32,000 nucleotides of DNA from Pyrodictium abyssi. Lineage in GTDB: Archaea > Thermoproteota > Thermoprotei_A > Sulfolobales > Pyrodictiaceae. The DNA lies in assembly GCF_036323395.1 (NCBI RefSeq), contig NZ_AP028907.1, positions 990,001-1,022,000 on the forward strand. The letters are read 5' to 3'. The notes beneath the pieces were generated by a model that saw only the letters and a program-made list of their open reading frames with translations, did not search any database and was not told where the DNA came from. Shown piece by piece: positions 1 to 8,897 of this stretch; positions within the stretch are counted from its first letter, which is position 1, and every line of letters begins with the position of its first letter. The position numbers and the translations under genes are program-made.

Positions 1-873
1 CTCCACCTGGAGCCTCGTGTTGGCCTCTATGAAGTAGGCGTTCCCATGCCGGTCCACGATGAACTCTACGGTGCCGGCGCTGGTGTAGCCCACGTGCTCG
101 GCCAGCCGGAGGGCGTAGCCCAGGAGCCTCTCCCGTAGCCCGGGGATCCTCTCGGCCAGGGGGCTGGGCGCCTCCTCGACCACCTTCTGGCGGCGGCGCT
201 GGAGCGAGCACTCCCTCTCGTAGAGGTGGAGGACCCTGCCGTCCTCGTCGCCGAGGACCTGGACCTCGATGTGCCGCGGCGCCTCTATGTAGCGCTCCAC
301 GTAGACCTCGCCGCCGTCGCCGAAGCCGAGCCTCGCCTCGACCGCTACCAGCCTGTAGAGGCTCGCCGCCTCGCCGGGGCGCCGGGCCACCCTCATGCCG
401 CGGCCGCCGCCGGCCCTGGAGGCCTTGAGCACCACGGGGTAGCCTATCTTCTCGGCGCAGGCCTCGGCCTCCTCGGGACTCGTGGCCCGGCACCAGGGCA
501 GCGTCGGGACGCCGAGCCTCTCAGCCAGCGCCTTGGCGCTCGCCTTGTCGCCCAGCATCCTCATGGCCTTGGGGTGTGGCCCGGCCCAGGAGAGCCCCGC
601 GTCGAGCACCCTTTCGGCGAACTCGGGGCTCTCGGAGAGGAACCCGTAGCCCGGGTGCACCACGTCCGCGCCGGTCTTGACCGCAGCCTCTATGATGGAG
701 TCCATGTCGGTGTAGCTCCTCACGGGGACCGAGACTATGCCGGCCAGGACGTGGGGGCTAGCACGGTCGGCATCCTCGTATATCGTGACTGGCTCCCAGC
801 CGAGCTCCCGCGCGGCACGGGCCACGCGGATAGCGACTTCGCCGCGCGCCGCTATCAGCACCCTCCTGGCCAC
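1..873 (-). CDS. accC: biotin carboxylase (ATP-grasp), N-terminal ~290 aa; the gene continues past the window edge
   Basis: Manual minus-strand translation; the ORF is open at the edge and so absent from the ORF track. GTG at 873 gives MARRVLIAARGEVAIRVARAARELGWEPVTIYEDADR...GYPVVLKASRAGGGRGMRV...YVERYIEAPRHIEVQVLGDEDGRVLHLYERECSLQRRRQKVVEEAP...GTVEFIVD...YFIEANTRLQVE, which are canonical biotin-carboxylase blocks. Plus-strand ORFs 226..921 and 737..931 are antisense shadows. Confidence 0.85.
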   Translation of the reverse strand, partial: MARRVLIAARGEVAIRVARAARELGWEPVTIYEDADRASPHVLAGIVSVPVRSYTDMDSIIEAAVKTGADVVHPGYGFLSESPEFAERVLDAGLSWAGPHPKAMRMLGDKASAKALAERLGVPTLPWCRATSPEEAEACAEKIGYPVVLKASRAGGGRGMRVARRPGEAASLYRLVAVEARLGFGDGGEVYVERYIEAPRHIEVQVLGDEDGRVLHLYERECSLQRRRQKVVEEAPSPLAERIPGLRERLLGYALRLAEHVGYTSAGTVEFIVDRHGNAYFIEANTRLQVE

Positions 874-924
874 GGCCCTGGCACCCTTCCCCGATTCAAC
901 ACGACCAAACCATGTATCTAAACG

Positions 925-938
925 CTTATAAATATAAG
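925..938. promoter_or_regulatory. inverted-repeat TATA-like element CTTATA-AA-TATAAG in the 88-nt accC/birA divergent spacer
   Basis: This is the only AT-rich stretch between the accC start (873, minus) and the birA start (962, plus). Its two arms are exact reverse complements, and each reads as a TATA-box-like sequence toward one gene. Confidence 0.4.
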
Positions 939-961
939 GCTTAAGGCGGGAGGCGAAAGCC

Positions 962-1705
962 GTGTACGACAGTGGACGTAGATACGTTTGTATACCCCGG
1001 GGTATCACCGGGGCAGGGGCAAGACGCCTAGCCATAGAGGTCTACGACACCCTGGAATCCACCATGGACACGCCGCCCCCACGCTTCCCCGGCGTGACAA
1101 TAGCCCTCGAGCAGACAAGGGGCCGCGGCCGCCGCGGTAACACCTGGACAAGCCCCCGCGGCGGCGCCTGGCTAACAATCCACCTCCCCGGCCCTCCGCC
1201 CCAGGCGGCGCCCAGCCTCCTTCCAGTCGCCCTCGGCGGCTGCCTAGCCGAGGCCCTCGAGCAGCTCCCCGGCGTAGAGCCAGGGGCGATAAAGGTCAAG
1301 TGGCCCAACGACCTCTACACGGCTCGGGGCAAGCTAGCCGGCATACTAGTCGAGACAGCCGGCGACACGCTCCGGGTAGGCATAGGCGTCAACGTCTACA
1401 ACCAGGCACCGCCCGGCGCCGCGCGGCTAGCAGACCACGGCTACCGAGGCCCACTAGCCCTCGTATACCTAGCAGTAACAGAGGCAGTACTCACCTCCCT
1501 AGAGCAGCCACACCGGGGCCTACAGGCGGCAAGGGAGAGAGACATGCTCAGAGGCCTCCATGTAGTGCTAGAGACGCCTACCGGCAGGCTAGCCGGAGTA
1601 GCCAGGGGCGTCACTGACACCGGGGCACTCGCCCTAGAGACTAGCGAGGGCATAGTAGAGGCCTACTGCTGCACCGTACTGACGTGGAGAAGGCTCCCAG
1701 GCTAG
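962..1705 (+). CDS. birA: biotin--[acetyl-CoA-carboxylase] ligase (BirA-type, no obvious N-terminal HTH)
   Basis: ORF 962..1705 (GTG start). It contains the biotin-protein-ligase signature QTRGRGRRGNTWTSPRGGAW, followed by KWPNDLY and GILVE blocks. It lies divergent to accC. Confidence 0.8.
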   Translation: MYDSGRRYVCIPRGITGAGARRLAIEVYDTLESTMDTPPPRFPGVTIALEQTRGRGRRGNTWTSPRGGAWLTIHLPGPPPQAAPSLLPVALGGCLAEALEQLPGVEPGAIKVKWPNDLYTARGKLAGILVETAGDTLRVGIGVNVYNQAPPGAARLADHGYRGPLALVYLAVTEAVLTSLEQPHRGLQAARERDMLRGLHVVLETPTGRLAGVARGVTDTGALALETSEGIVEAYCCTVLTWRRLPG

Positions 1706-2453
1706 CACAGCGGCGCCGCGACAGAGAGGATATTCGCTAGCATCTGCGACATAACTTAACAGTGAGTGGAGAGGCCGGTCAGAGCATCAGGCGGCATCGC
1801 GGAAGGGAACTGGTAGTAGCCTAGGCCCCTGGAGAAGGGGGAGAGATGCTCCGAACACTCGAAGAAGACCGCGGGCTCTACCGGCCCTCATGGGGCTCAT
1901 AGGTTACTGCAAGGGGTCCAAGCGTCGGGTTCACTGTGACACCGAGGATTTCGTCTACTATCCCCAGCCGCAGTCGAGGTTAATCTCGTAGTATGCGGCG
2001 GCGAACACATAACTCATAGAGGTAGAGTCACGGGCCTCTCGTGGCAGTGTTGCAGAACTCTACCGGAAGAGTAGGACTTTCAAGAAGGACGCCCGCGTTG
2101 AACCACACGCCTAGTACTCGTAGCAGGAACTATAGACCTTGAAGCATACAAGGCAGCAGCAAGGCTAGGAATTAAGCTCAAGCCTGCAGTCAAGGAGTAG
2201 AGCTGTAAAAATACAATGAATACACGATGCAGGCATCCCAAGTGTTTCTAAGATTATTAGCTACACATGTGCAATTTGTCCTGGTGCCTAACTCGGTTTC
2301 CGGTAATCAAAACACCTATGTCATGGTATGGAATAACTTGCAGCCATGATGCTTGATTAACCTATTTGCGACTCTGCTAAGTAATCTATACACAGATTGA
2401 TGTGAGTGATATGATAGAGTTCTAACTAGCTAATTGACACCTTGATATTTCAG

Positions 2454-5400
2454 CTATCGGCGACATATCAGTACCAAAGTAGCCAGAATCGTGACTATCA
2501 ATAGTATTAGTGTAGCTTTTACCTCGGGTGCTATGATAGGTTCTTTGAGCTTTATTGTCGTGGTAGTTGTTCTTTCAACGGTTTTTGTTTCTGTCCTGGT
2601 TTCAGTCACGGTATAGGGTACTGTTATCGTTATTATTCTCGTATTAGTCTTAGTGTATGTTGTAGTTAAAGGAAGTGTCATTGTTTCTTTCTTAATATTT
2701 GTGGTCGTGATGGTTCTAACTATGGGTATAGTGATACTAGTTGTTATTGTGTGTGTTGCCGTTGCTGTAGTTGTTTTAGTTTTAGTATAAGTTGTGTTGA
2801 TGGTTTTTGTTATAGTAGTTGTCATTACAGCGGTAACGGTTTTGGTGAATGGTATACCGACTACTTTGTCGGTAGGGAGTATGTGTAGGGAATTAAGATC
2901 TACTTCTACACTTTGAGAGTCGAGATATCTTCTCGGTAGACTGGGAATACAGTATGGTAGTCCTATATCACCCCACGTATCGATCCATACTATGAGTATG
3001 AACTTGTTGTTAACGTGGAGGAGTTGTAAGGTTTCCAAGGGTATTTTAATTTCTATCACGTCACCAAAGCATCCAAGACCAAGAGTCTCTATGCCTATTG
3101 TGCGAGGAATAGATAATGGTATATTTATTCGATCATCGAAAGTATGTATATTCATGTCTCTATCGAATATAAGTGTTAGCCTATTTTGTACGGTGTATGG
3201 TTTATCGAAAAACTCTATCGCTATGTATAAGTATTTATTATCGCGGGCAACATATACGCTTTTTATAGCATTCCCTAGAATAGGACTGTTATCTACATAC
3301 TTGTCTCTTGTTATATTGAGTATATATTTTGAATTGGCAATCCAGTCACTGATATCACAGTCAATAAATATCCTTCCAGCAAATACATCATGAAGATCAC
3401 TTATATTATCTCTATCAGTATCACGCGAATTAGGATTAGTTCCATAAAGCAGCTCAACCCAATCCGGTATGTAATCTCCATCAGTATCTTGATACTTAAC
3501 ATAGTAAATCTTGTTGAGTAATCTATCTACAATATTTTCGGCACCGCTATAGTCGCCGTCCTTTAAATACGTATAGGCTCTTTGGAGTTCCTCGTAGAAG
3601 CTAGATGTATCTATAGCCCTTGATATCATGTTAATCATCTTTTTAGCTGCAACTAGCTTGCCTAGTATCCTCGGATAGGTACCATTAATGAATGCTTCAA
3701 CTTCTGCTACTGATACGTTTAAGTGAGTATAATTACTGTAGAATTCAAAGAAGTCAGTAGACTTGCCGCCAGTGAGACGGTTAAGAGCATTAATGAATTC
3801 ATCTTTCGTGATTATGTTCGTTTGATTGAAATAACGTATCAATTCGCTGATCATAGTCTGATAGAGCCATTGATTAAACGGATACAATGCAAACTCTGGA
3901 TCAGCTTTCCAGGCTACATACTCTAGATAAGCCATATGTAGTGTATCAGGAGCAAGTGTAAAATTCTCGCGTATGAAGTCTAAATATGAGTAGAAATAGT
4001 CGTGCCACTTTCCCTGTTCGATGAATCCCCGGAGCATAGTTTTATTAAGCTTTAGATTTCTGACTTCATCGAAATATTTAGACATATCAATTCCGAACTC
4101 CTTCTTCAGAAGAGTGGCTGCCTCGGTATCAGACACTAGCTGCCATTTCTTGTCTGCCACTACTAATCCATGGAGCTTGTAAATATCTAGTAGACCCCTA
4201 GTTGCGTTTCTCAATATATTATCTAAGTAAAACATAGCTAGAGGCGCATATACATACTTTATGTAGACTGGCCCGCCCCAGCCAGTTCCCATAGCAGACT
4301 TTCTTTCCTCAAAAGAACGCATATAAATGAGATATCTTGGCATTATCAGAGAGCCGTTATATATAGGATTCTTTGTCACAATGGAGGCTGCAACATATCC
4401 TAGGTAGTCCTGCATGCCTTTGTACCATATACGCTCAGATGCATTCTCAAATTCGAGATCGTAAATGCCGTTAAGCCAAATGGCGGCATAATGATGAAGT
4501 ATATGGCCTATCCTCCAAATCATATCGTTATGGAATACCCCTAACCTATCATAGAGCCCTAGATCATTGATATAATTTTGGGCTTGCCCTGCTCCTTCTG
4601 GCAGGGTTTTCCTCAATGGAAACATGTATACTCGGTCGAGAGACGGCAAATTCAGGAGTTTTGCCATAGTATATACTCCACGTGCAACTATGTCGGCCTT
4701 ATACTGTGCGCCCAGATAGATGTCGTATGTTCCATCATAGAAAGCCATGTTAAGGGTATCATTAAGCAGAATGTCTGAGGAGAATAGGGGAAAGTATGCT
4801 GTGATAGTCTCTACTCTACTTTCTGCAAGCTTATACAATTTGCCTGCTAGGAAAGGTGAGTGTAGAAAGAGGCTGTACTCGCTAAAGTATAATAAGTCTC
4901 CTATACGTTGGGTATAAGAGGCAATTACAAACCAATTTCTAAGAACACCATCGAGTCTAATGGTGACAGAACTCGGCTCAAGGCTAGACGGTTGGAAGAA
5001 CAGCATTCTCGGCCAGAGCTGTACATGTTCTTTTCCAACGTCTACTATTAATACTCTTTTAGGCAGGTAGCCTCCCTCGCCAGGCGAATAATACCATACA
5101 AGCTTTGGAAACGTGTAGTTGAACCAGGCCCATTCATGGCCAGCTACCTCCAAGGTAAGAAGGCCACGGGAACGGTCATAGCTATAGGGAGTGCTAGATC
5201 CGCTTATCTCTATGAAGTCTCTTATGTAATCGCCTATAGAGAAGACAGCCTTCTCTGCACCATGCGTGCGGAACTTGACTAGAACCCATCCCCCACCTTC
5301 AGGATTTATATGAAGTACATATTCTATATCTGACGTTGGTGGAGCTAGAGTCTGCTGAGTCGTATCTAAGCTATAAGTAGTTATTGAGGTGTAGAGTACA

Positions 5401-5456
5401 GTTAAGATAACTACGAACCATATAACAATAGTGAATCCATTAGTATTGATTGTCAT
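2454..5456 (-). CDS. large (1000 aa) membrane-anchored, probably glycosylated cell-surface protein
   Basis: Intact 3-kb ORF in a strongly AT-rich block. It has an N-terminal hydrophobic segment (FTIVIWFVVILTVLY) and many N-x-S/T sequons. An acidic DxDxD calcium-type stretch is present (DTDGDYIPDWVELLYGTNPNSRDTDRDNISD). Near the C-terminus there is a ~100-aa Thr-rich stalk (TKTVTAVMTTTITKTINTTYTKTKTTTATATHTITTS...) followed by a TM anchor (ATLILLIVTILATLVLICRR). Confidence 0.85.
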   Translation of the reverse strand: MTINTNGFTIVIWFVVILTVLYTSITTYSLDTTQQTLAPPTSDIEYVLHINPEGGGWVLVKFRTHGAEKAVFSIGDYIRDFIEISGSSTPYSYDRSRGLLTLEVAGHEWAWFNYTFPKLVWYYSPGEGGYLPKRVLIVDVGKEHVQLWPRMLFFQPSSLEPSSVTIRLDGVLRNWFVIASYTQRIGDLLYFSEYSLFLHSPFLAGKLYKLAESRVETITAYFPLFSSDILLNDTLNMAFYDGTYDIYLGAQYKADIVARGVYTMAKLLNLPSLDRVYMFPLRKTLPEGAGQAQNYINDLGLYDRLGVFHNDMIWRIGHILHHYAAIWLNGIYDLEFENASERIWYKGMQDYLGYVAASIVTKNPIYNGSLIMPRYLIYMRSFEERKSAMGTGWGGPVYIKYVYAPLAMFYLDNILRNATRGLLDIYKLHGLVVADKKWQLVSDTEAATLLKKEFGIDMSKYFDEVRNLKLNKTMLRGFIEQGKWHDYFYSYLDFIRENFTLAPDTLHMAYLEYVAWKADPEFALYPFNQWLYQTMISELIRYFNQTNIITKDEFINALNRLTGGKSTDFFEFYSNYTHLNVSVAEVEAFINGTYPRILGKLVAAKKMINMISRAIDTSSFYEELQRAYTYLKDGDYSGAENIVDRLLNKIYYVKYQDTDGDYIPDWVELLYGTNPNSRDTDRDNISDLHDVFAGRIFIDCDISDWIANSKYILNITRDKYVDNSPILGNAIKSVYVARDNKYLYIAIEFFDKPYTVQNRLTLIFDRDMNIHTFDDRINIPLSIPRTIGIETLGLGCFGDVIEIKIPLETLQLLHVNNKFILIVWIDTWGDIGLPYCIPSLPRRYLDSQSVEVDLNSLHILPTDKVVGIPFTKTVTAVMTTTITKTINTTYTKTKTTTATATHTITTSITIPIVRTITTTNIKKETMTLPLTTTYTKTNTRIITITVPYTVTETRTETKTVERTTTTTIKLKEPIIAPEVKATLILLIVTILATLVLICRR

Positions 5457-5616
5457 ATCTAAGTCTCCACGTCATATAAATCTGGATATACTCGACATCT
5501 TTAAACGTTGTTGTTACTCAAATAATTCATAAAGTGTACACAAGTTATTGGTATTACTGAGCCTCTTCCAGGCCTTCCTCCGCATATTGCTTAGGTTTCT
5601 AGTCTGGGGCCGGGCT

Positions 5617-6147
5617 GTGATCCTGTCTGACCGCGATATAGCCTGGTATATAGAGAAGGGGCTGCTCCGCATCGAGCCGCTGATGAACGACACGATAAGG
5701 GAGAACGGTGTGGATCTCCGGCTGGCGGAGGAGTTCTGCCGGTTCAACCCCGAGGCGCCGGAGCTCGACACGGCTCGGGGCTTCGACGAGGAGACCTACT
5801 ACATCTGCACCCGCGTCTCCCCCGAGGAGGGCTACGTGATAAGGCCCTACGAGCACGTCCTAGCCACGACCGCCGAGACCGTCTGCCTCCCCGACGACCT
5901 GGTAGGCCTCGTTAACGTGCGGAGCACCTACGCCAGGCTCGGGCTCTTCGTGCCCCCGACGGTGATAGACGCGGGGTTCTGCGGCCAGGTAACCATCGAG
6001 ATAATCGGCTCCGCCTACCCGATACGCGTCTACCCCGGCCAGCGCTTCCTCCACGTAGTGTTCATCAAGACCACGAGCCCCGTAGCCAACCCCTACCGGG
6101 GCAAGTACCAGGGCCAGCGCGGCGTAACCTTACCCAAACCAGACTAG
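5617..6147 (+). CDS. dcd: dCTP deaminase (dUTPase-fold)
   Basis: ORF 5548..6147. The conserved N-terminus ILSDRDI begins at the in-frame GTG at 5617. Blocks RSTYARLGLF and DAGFCGQVTIEI are typical of Dcd. The 23 codons upstream look like non-coding read-through. Confidence 0.9.
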   Translation: MILSDRDIAWYIEKGLLRIEPLMNDTIRENGVDLRLAEEFCRFNPEAPELDTARGFDEETYYICTRVSPEEGYVIRPYEHVLATTAETVCLPDDLVGLVNVRSTYARLGLFVPPTVIDAGFCGQVTIEIIGSAYPIRVYPGQRFLHVVFIKTTSPVANPYRGKYQGQRGVTLPKPD

Positions 6148-6244
6148 GGGAGGAAGGGCCCCTGGCACCAGGCACGCTGCTTAGACAGCACCATTATAGG
6201 TCTTAGAGCTGCTCATACTACTCTACCGGGGTGTCTCCGGGGCG

Positions 6245-6775
6245 TTGGCCGAGACAGTCACAGTCACCCTCCCCCGCAGGCTCGCTGAGCACGCGCGCCG
6301 CGAGGCCGAGAGGCTAGGACTAGGCCTCCAAGTGTACATCGTGGAGTTGCTCTCGGAGGGCCTAGACCCCGAGGAGCGTGCCCGGGACTACGCCGAGGCC
6401 GCCACAGCTCTTCTCGGGTAGGCCCGCGAGGAGCTGGAGAGGGGCGACGTGAGGCAGGCTGCCGGGAAGGCTTGGGGCGCTGCTGCGCTGGCCGTGAAGG
6501 CCTACGCGTGGTGGAGGGGCGGCAAGAGGCTCACCAGCCACCGGGAGCTATGGATGTACAAGAGGGTGCTCGAAAAAGAGCTAGGAGAATGGGTCAGCGA
6601 CGCCTGGGCCGCGGGCAACGAGATGCACACCTGCTTCTACGAAGGCTGGTGCGCCGAAAAGGACGTGGAGAAGGCCCTAGAGAGGATCAAGAGACTAGTC
6701 GAGGAGGTCAAGGCCCGCGTCAGCGGAGAGAAAGCATGCAACAACACGGCGCAGAATACCCGGCAAGAGCCATAA
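6245..6775 (+). pseudogene. RHH-like N-terminus plus PaREP1-family (HEPN-clan) domain, interrupted by an in-frame TAG at 6419..6421
   Basis: TTG at 6245 gives LAETVTVTLPRRLAEHARREAERLGLGLQVYIVELLSEGLDPEERARDYAEAATALLG, then TAG, and the same frame continues AREELERGDVRQAAGKAWGAAALAVKAYAWWRGGKRLTSHRELW...EMHTCFYEGW (ORF 6449..6775). The stop falls inside what reads as one continuous helix of PaREP1-type proteins. Confidence 0.6.
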
Positions 6776-6801
6776 CGCCCCAGGCTCTCATGCCCCGGGG
6801 G

Positions 6802-7209
6802 CTAGTCTCCTATGTAGATCACGTTGTCCAGGCCTTTGAACAGCTTATCCCCGGTCACCAGGTCCGTGTAGTTGAGTATGGCGGTCGTGTAGACTATTGC
6901 GTCCGCGAGGCTTGGGGCCCTGAGCCCCAGGCTTCTGGCCCGCTGTAGTAGCCGCATGTACTGTTTTGCCGCCTCCAGCGCTATGCCCACGTCTATGTCT
7001 ACTATCCATGTCCTAGGCCTCTATGAAGAGTAGGCGCTTTATCGTCTCGTTGGCGTCAAAGCCCTCCCGGATCTGCTTTCTAGCCGGCTCGGCGAGTACT
7101 ATCGATGGAGTGTAGCCTCTCCTCTCTAGGAGGGGCTGCCCCGCTATCCCCCTTGGCTGTGCCGCGGAAGTACCCTGGCCCATGCATATGTGTCGTAGAC
7201 TATCCATTT
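6802..7209 (-). pseudogene. PIN-domain (VapC-like) toxin gene broken across several frames
   Basis: PIN-like pieces occur in consecutive minus-strand frames. They read (M)IVYDTYAWA, then YFRGTAKGD, then LLERRGYTPSIVLAEPARKQIREGFDANETIKRLLFIEA (ORF 7013..7207), then IVDIDVGIALEAAKQYMRLLQRARSLGLRAPSLADAIVYTTAILNYTDLVTGDKLFKGLDNVIYI (ORF 6802..6990). Directly upstream (about 7210..7290) lies MFGVDRGKLCGLAGEYRLEDRKW, which could be an antitoxin C-terminal tail. Confidence 0.55.
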
Positions 7210-7577
7210 CCGGTCCTCTAGGCGATACTCCCCGGCGAGCCCGCAGAGCTTGCCTCTGTCCACGCCGAACATGTCGTCAGATATCCCGGCTTTCTCTAGA
7301 ACAGGGGCCTCTATCACATCCTCTATGAGGAGAAGCCCTGCTGCTCCTGCAGCCTCCTCGGCAGGTCATACACCCCCTTACGGATACAGACGACTCTGCC
7401 CGACGCTCCGCTTACCCCTGGCCCTCCCTAGAGCTAAGTGCTATACACCAGAGAGCCCCTAGTACCCTACACCCTTCACCGTCGCGATGAGCCGGGGAGA
7501 TGCACTCGACACAGCCCTGGGGCCGCCCCCGGGGGCCAGCGCGAACCGGCATAGCCTCCCCGTGCACAGGGTATAGC

Positions 7578-7847
7578 CTAGCAGGCACGCTCGTGGCTAC
7601 TAGGAGCCTCCCCGGGATAGAGATCCTCCACTACCTCCAGATACCCCGCCTTCCCCTTGGGGAGCCCTTCAGCATGGAAGCGATCTCTTCGAGACCCTCC
7701 TTCATCGAACAATTGCCCTAGCCCCTCCAGAACCCTTACCCGTCTGCAAGCGGGGCCTGCTAGGGCTGCTGCTACAGCCCTCTTAGAGGCCACATATCCG
7801 AGGACCATGTAGAGCCCTGCCATGAGTGCTAGGAGCACAGCCGCCAC
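7578..7847 (-). CDS. small hypothetical protein with N-terminal TM segment
   Basis: ORF only (MAAVLLALMAGLYMVLGYVAS...). No recognisable motif. Confidence 0.25.
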   Translation of the reverse strand: MAAVLLALMAGLYMVLGYVASKRAVAAALAGPACRRVRVLEGLGQLFDEGGSRRDRFHAEGLPKGKAGYLEVVEDLYPGEAPSSHERAC

Positions 7848-7939
7848 CAGTAACCCCTGGCCGGAGTCATTGGCAGAATTGGCAGAAGAAGTGTAGGCTG
7901 CCGGGGAGGCTCCGAAGGACAGGGCAAGGGGGGCATGGT

Positions 7940-7972
7940 CTACACGTACTCTACACGTATACTACATGTAGT
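7940..7972. repeat. three tandem 11-nt units: CTACACGTACT / CTACACGTATA / CTACATGTAGT
   Basis: Read directly from the sequence. The period is 11 nt. The third unit contains the perfect palindrome CTACATGTAG. It lies in the spacer between the divergent ORFs 7578..7847 (minus) and 8047.. (plus). Confidence 0.9.
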
Positions 7973-8046
7973 CTGTGCCCCTATCCCCGCGGGGTGTCCC
8001 AGGCTGTGAGCCGTGCTGAGGCCCGGGGCGCCGGGCCCCCGGCCAT

Positions 8047-8242
8047 GTGGAGGACAGTGTGCCCCTGGAGGTCCTCGAGCGGGTGGCCAGGGAGCTCCGC
8101 CGCCACGGGGTGGATGCCGACGTGGCTTGTAACCCTCTCGGGGGTCTACGAGCTCTACATCCTCGACGAGGACGACCAGAAAGTGGACCAGCTCTGCGAG
8201 GAGGGGCGGCTCAGCAGGGAGACCCAGCGGCTGCTCTGCTAG
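8047..8242 (+). CDS. small hypothetical protein; the reading frame appears to switch mid-gene
   Basis: ORF 8047..8250 starts MEDSVPLEVLERVARELRRHGVDADVA. The coding-looking C-terminus GVYELYILDEDDQKVDQLCEEGRLSRETQRLLC is in the frame of ORF 7826..8242. Confidence 0.3.
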
Positions 8243-8549
8243 CAGCCTAGCTCCTCGTAGACGTTCTCCCTGTAGCCCAGCCTCTCAATCCTCACAATGC
8301 ACTCCCGTGGGTCGAGCCAGTACGCTACCCGGAGCACGCCTACCCGTAGCCTGTAGAAGCCCCGGCAGCGGCCGTGCAGCGGCTCCCCGCGTAGGGGTTC
8401 TCCATGAGCAGCTGCCGGGCTTGCTCGTAGTACGCAGCCGCCTCCGGGTGGCGCTTCAGCCACCTCCTCGCATGCCGGGAGCGCTTCACCCGCCACTCCC
8501 TGCACTCCTCGTGCACAGAGAGAGCACCCCTAACCCCCGCACCCCACAA
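8239..8549 (-). pseudogene. RelE/ParE-family toxin with an apparent 1-nt frameshift
   Basis: The N-terminal half is in the frame of ORF 8340..8549 (EWRVKRSRHARRWLKRHPEAAAYYEQARQLLMENPYAG). The C-terminal half is in the frame of ORF 8239..8505 (EPLHGRCRGFYRLRVGVLRVAYWLDPRECIVRIERLGYRENVYE, the typical yRiRvGdyRviY...hR..vY pattern). The junction is at the C4 run 8385..8388, and one extra base there restores a single ORF. Confidence 0.6.
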
Positions 8550-8897
8550 ATCATAAGCACGCCCCAGGGGCGAGCATGAAACAATGCCGCCTAAATGAAC
8601 CGGTGAGGCAGCGTCGCTAAGGATTGTCCGGGCATACCGGGGCTCCCGGCGCCACGGGCCCAGCCCAGGGCCAGAGGCATGCAGTACTCCGCGTTAACCC
8701 CCACATGGAGCACCGGCTGAACACGTCTAGCGTATGAGTAGCTACATCGCCGCCTACCCCAGAGGAGCATCCCCGCAGAATGAGGCTGGTCATCGACTCC
8801 TAGGGGGACAGTAGGCCCAGCCCAGAACCCCTGGTAGCTCCACGGTCATGTCCATAGGCGAGCAGAAAAAGGCCCCGAGACACCCCGGAGACAACAG

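Noticed and set aside
226-931. Plus-strand ORFs 226..921 and 737..931
   Set aside because: They are antisense shadows of the clearly recognisable biotin carboxylase on the minus strand, and their translations are low-complexity A/G/P/R-rich.
4480-4560. Zinc-peptidase (HExxH) motif in the 1000-aa surface protein
   Set aside because: The sequence is HILHH with Ile at the catalytic Glu position, and the downstream Glu ligand cannot be aligned confidently. It is mentioned only as a loose resemblance.
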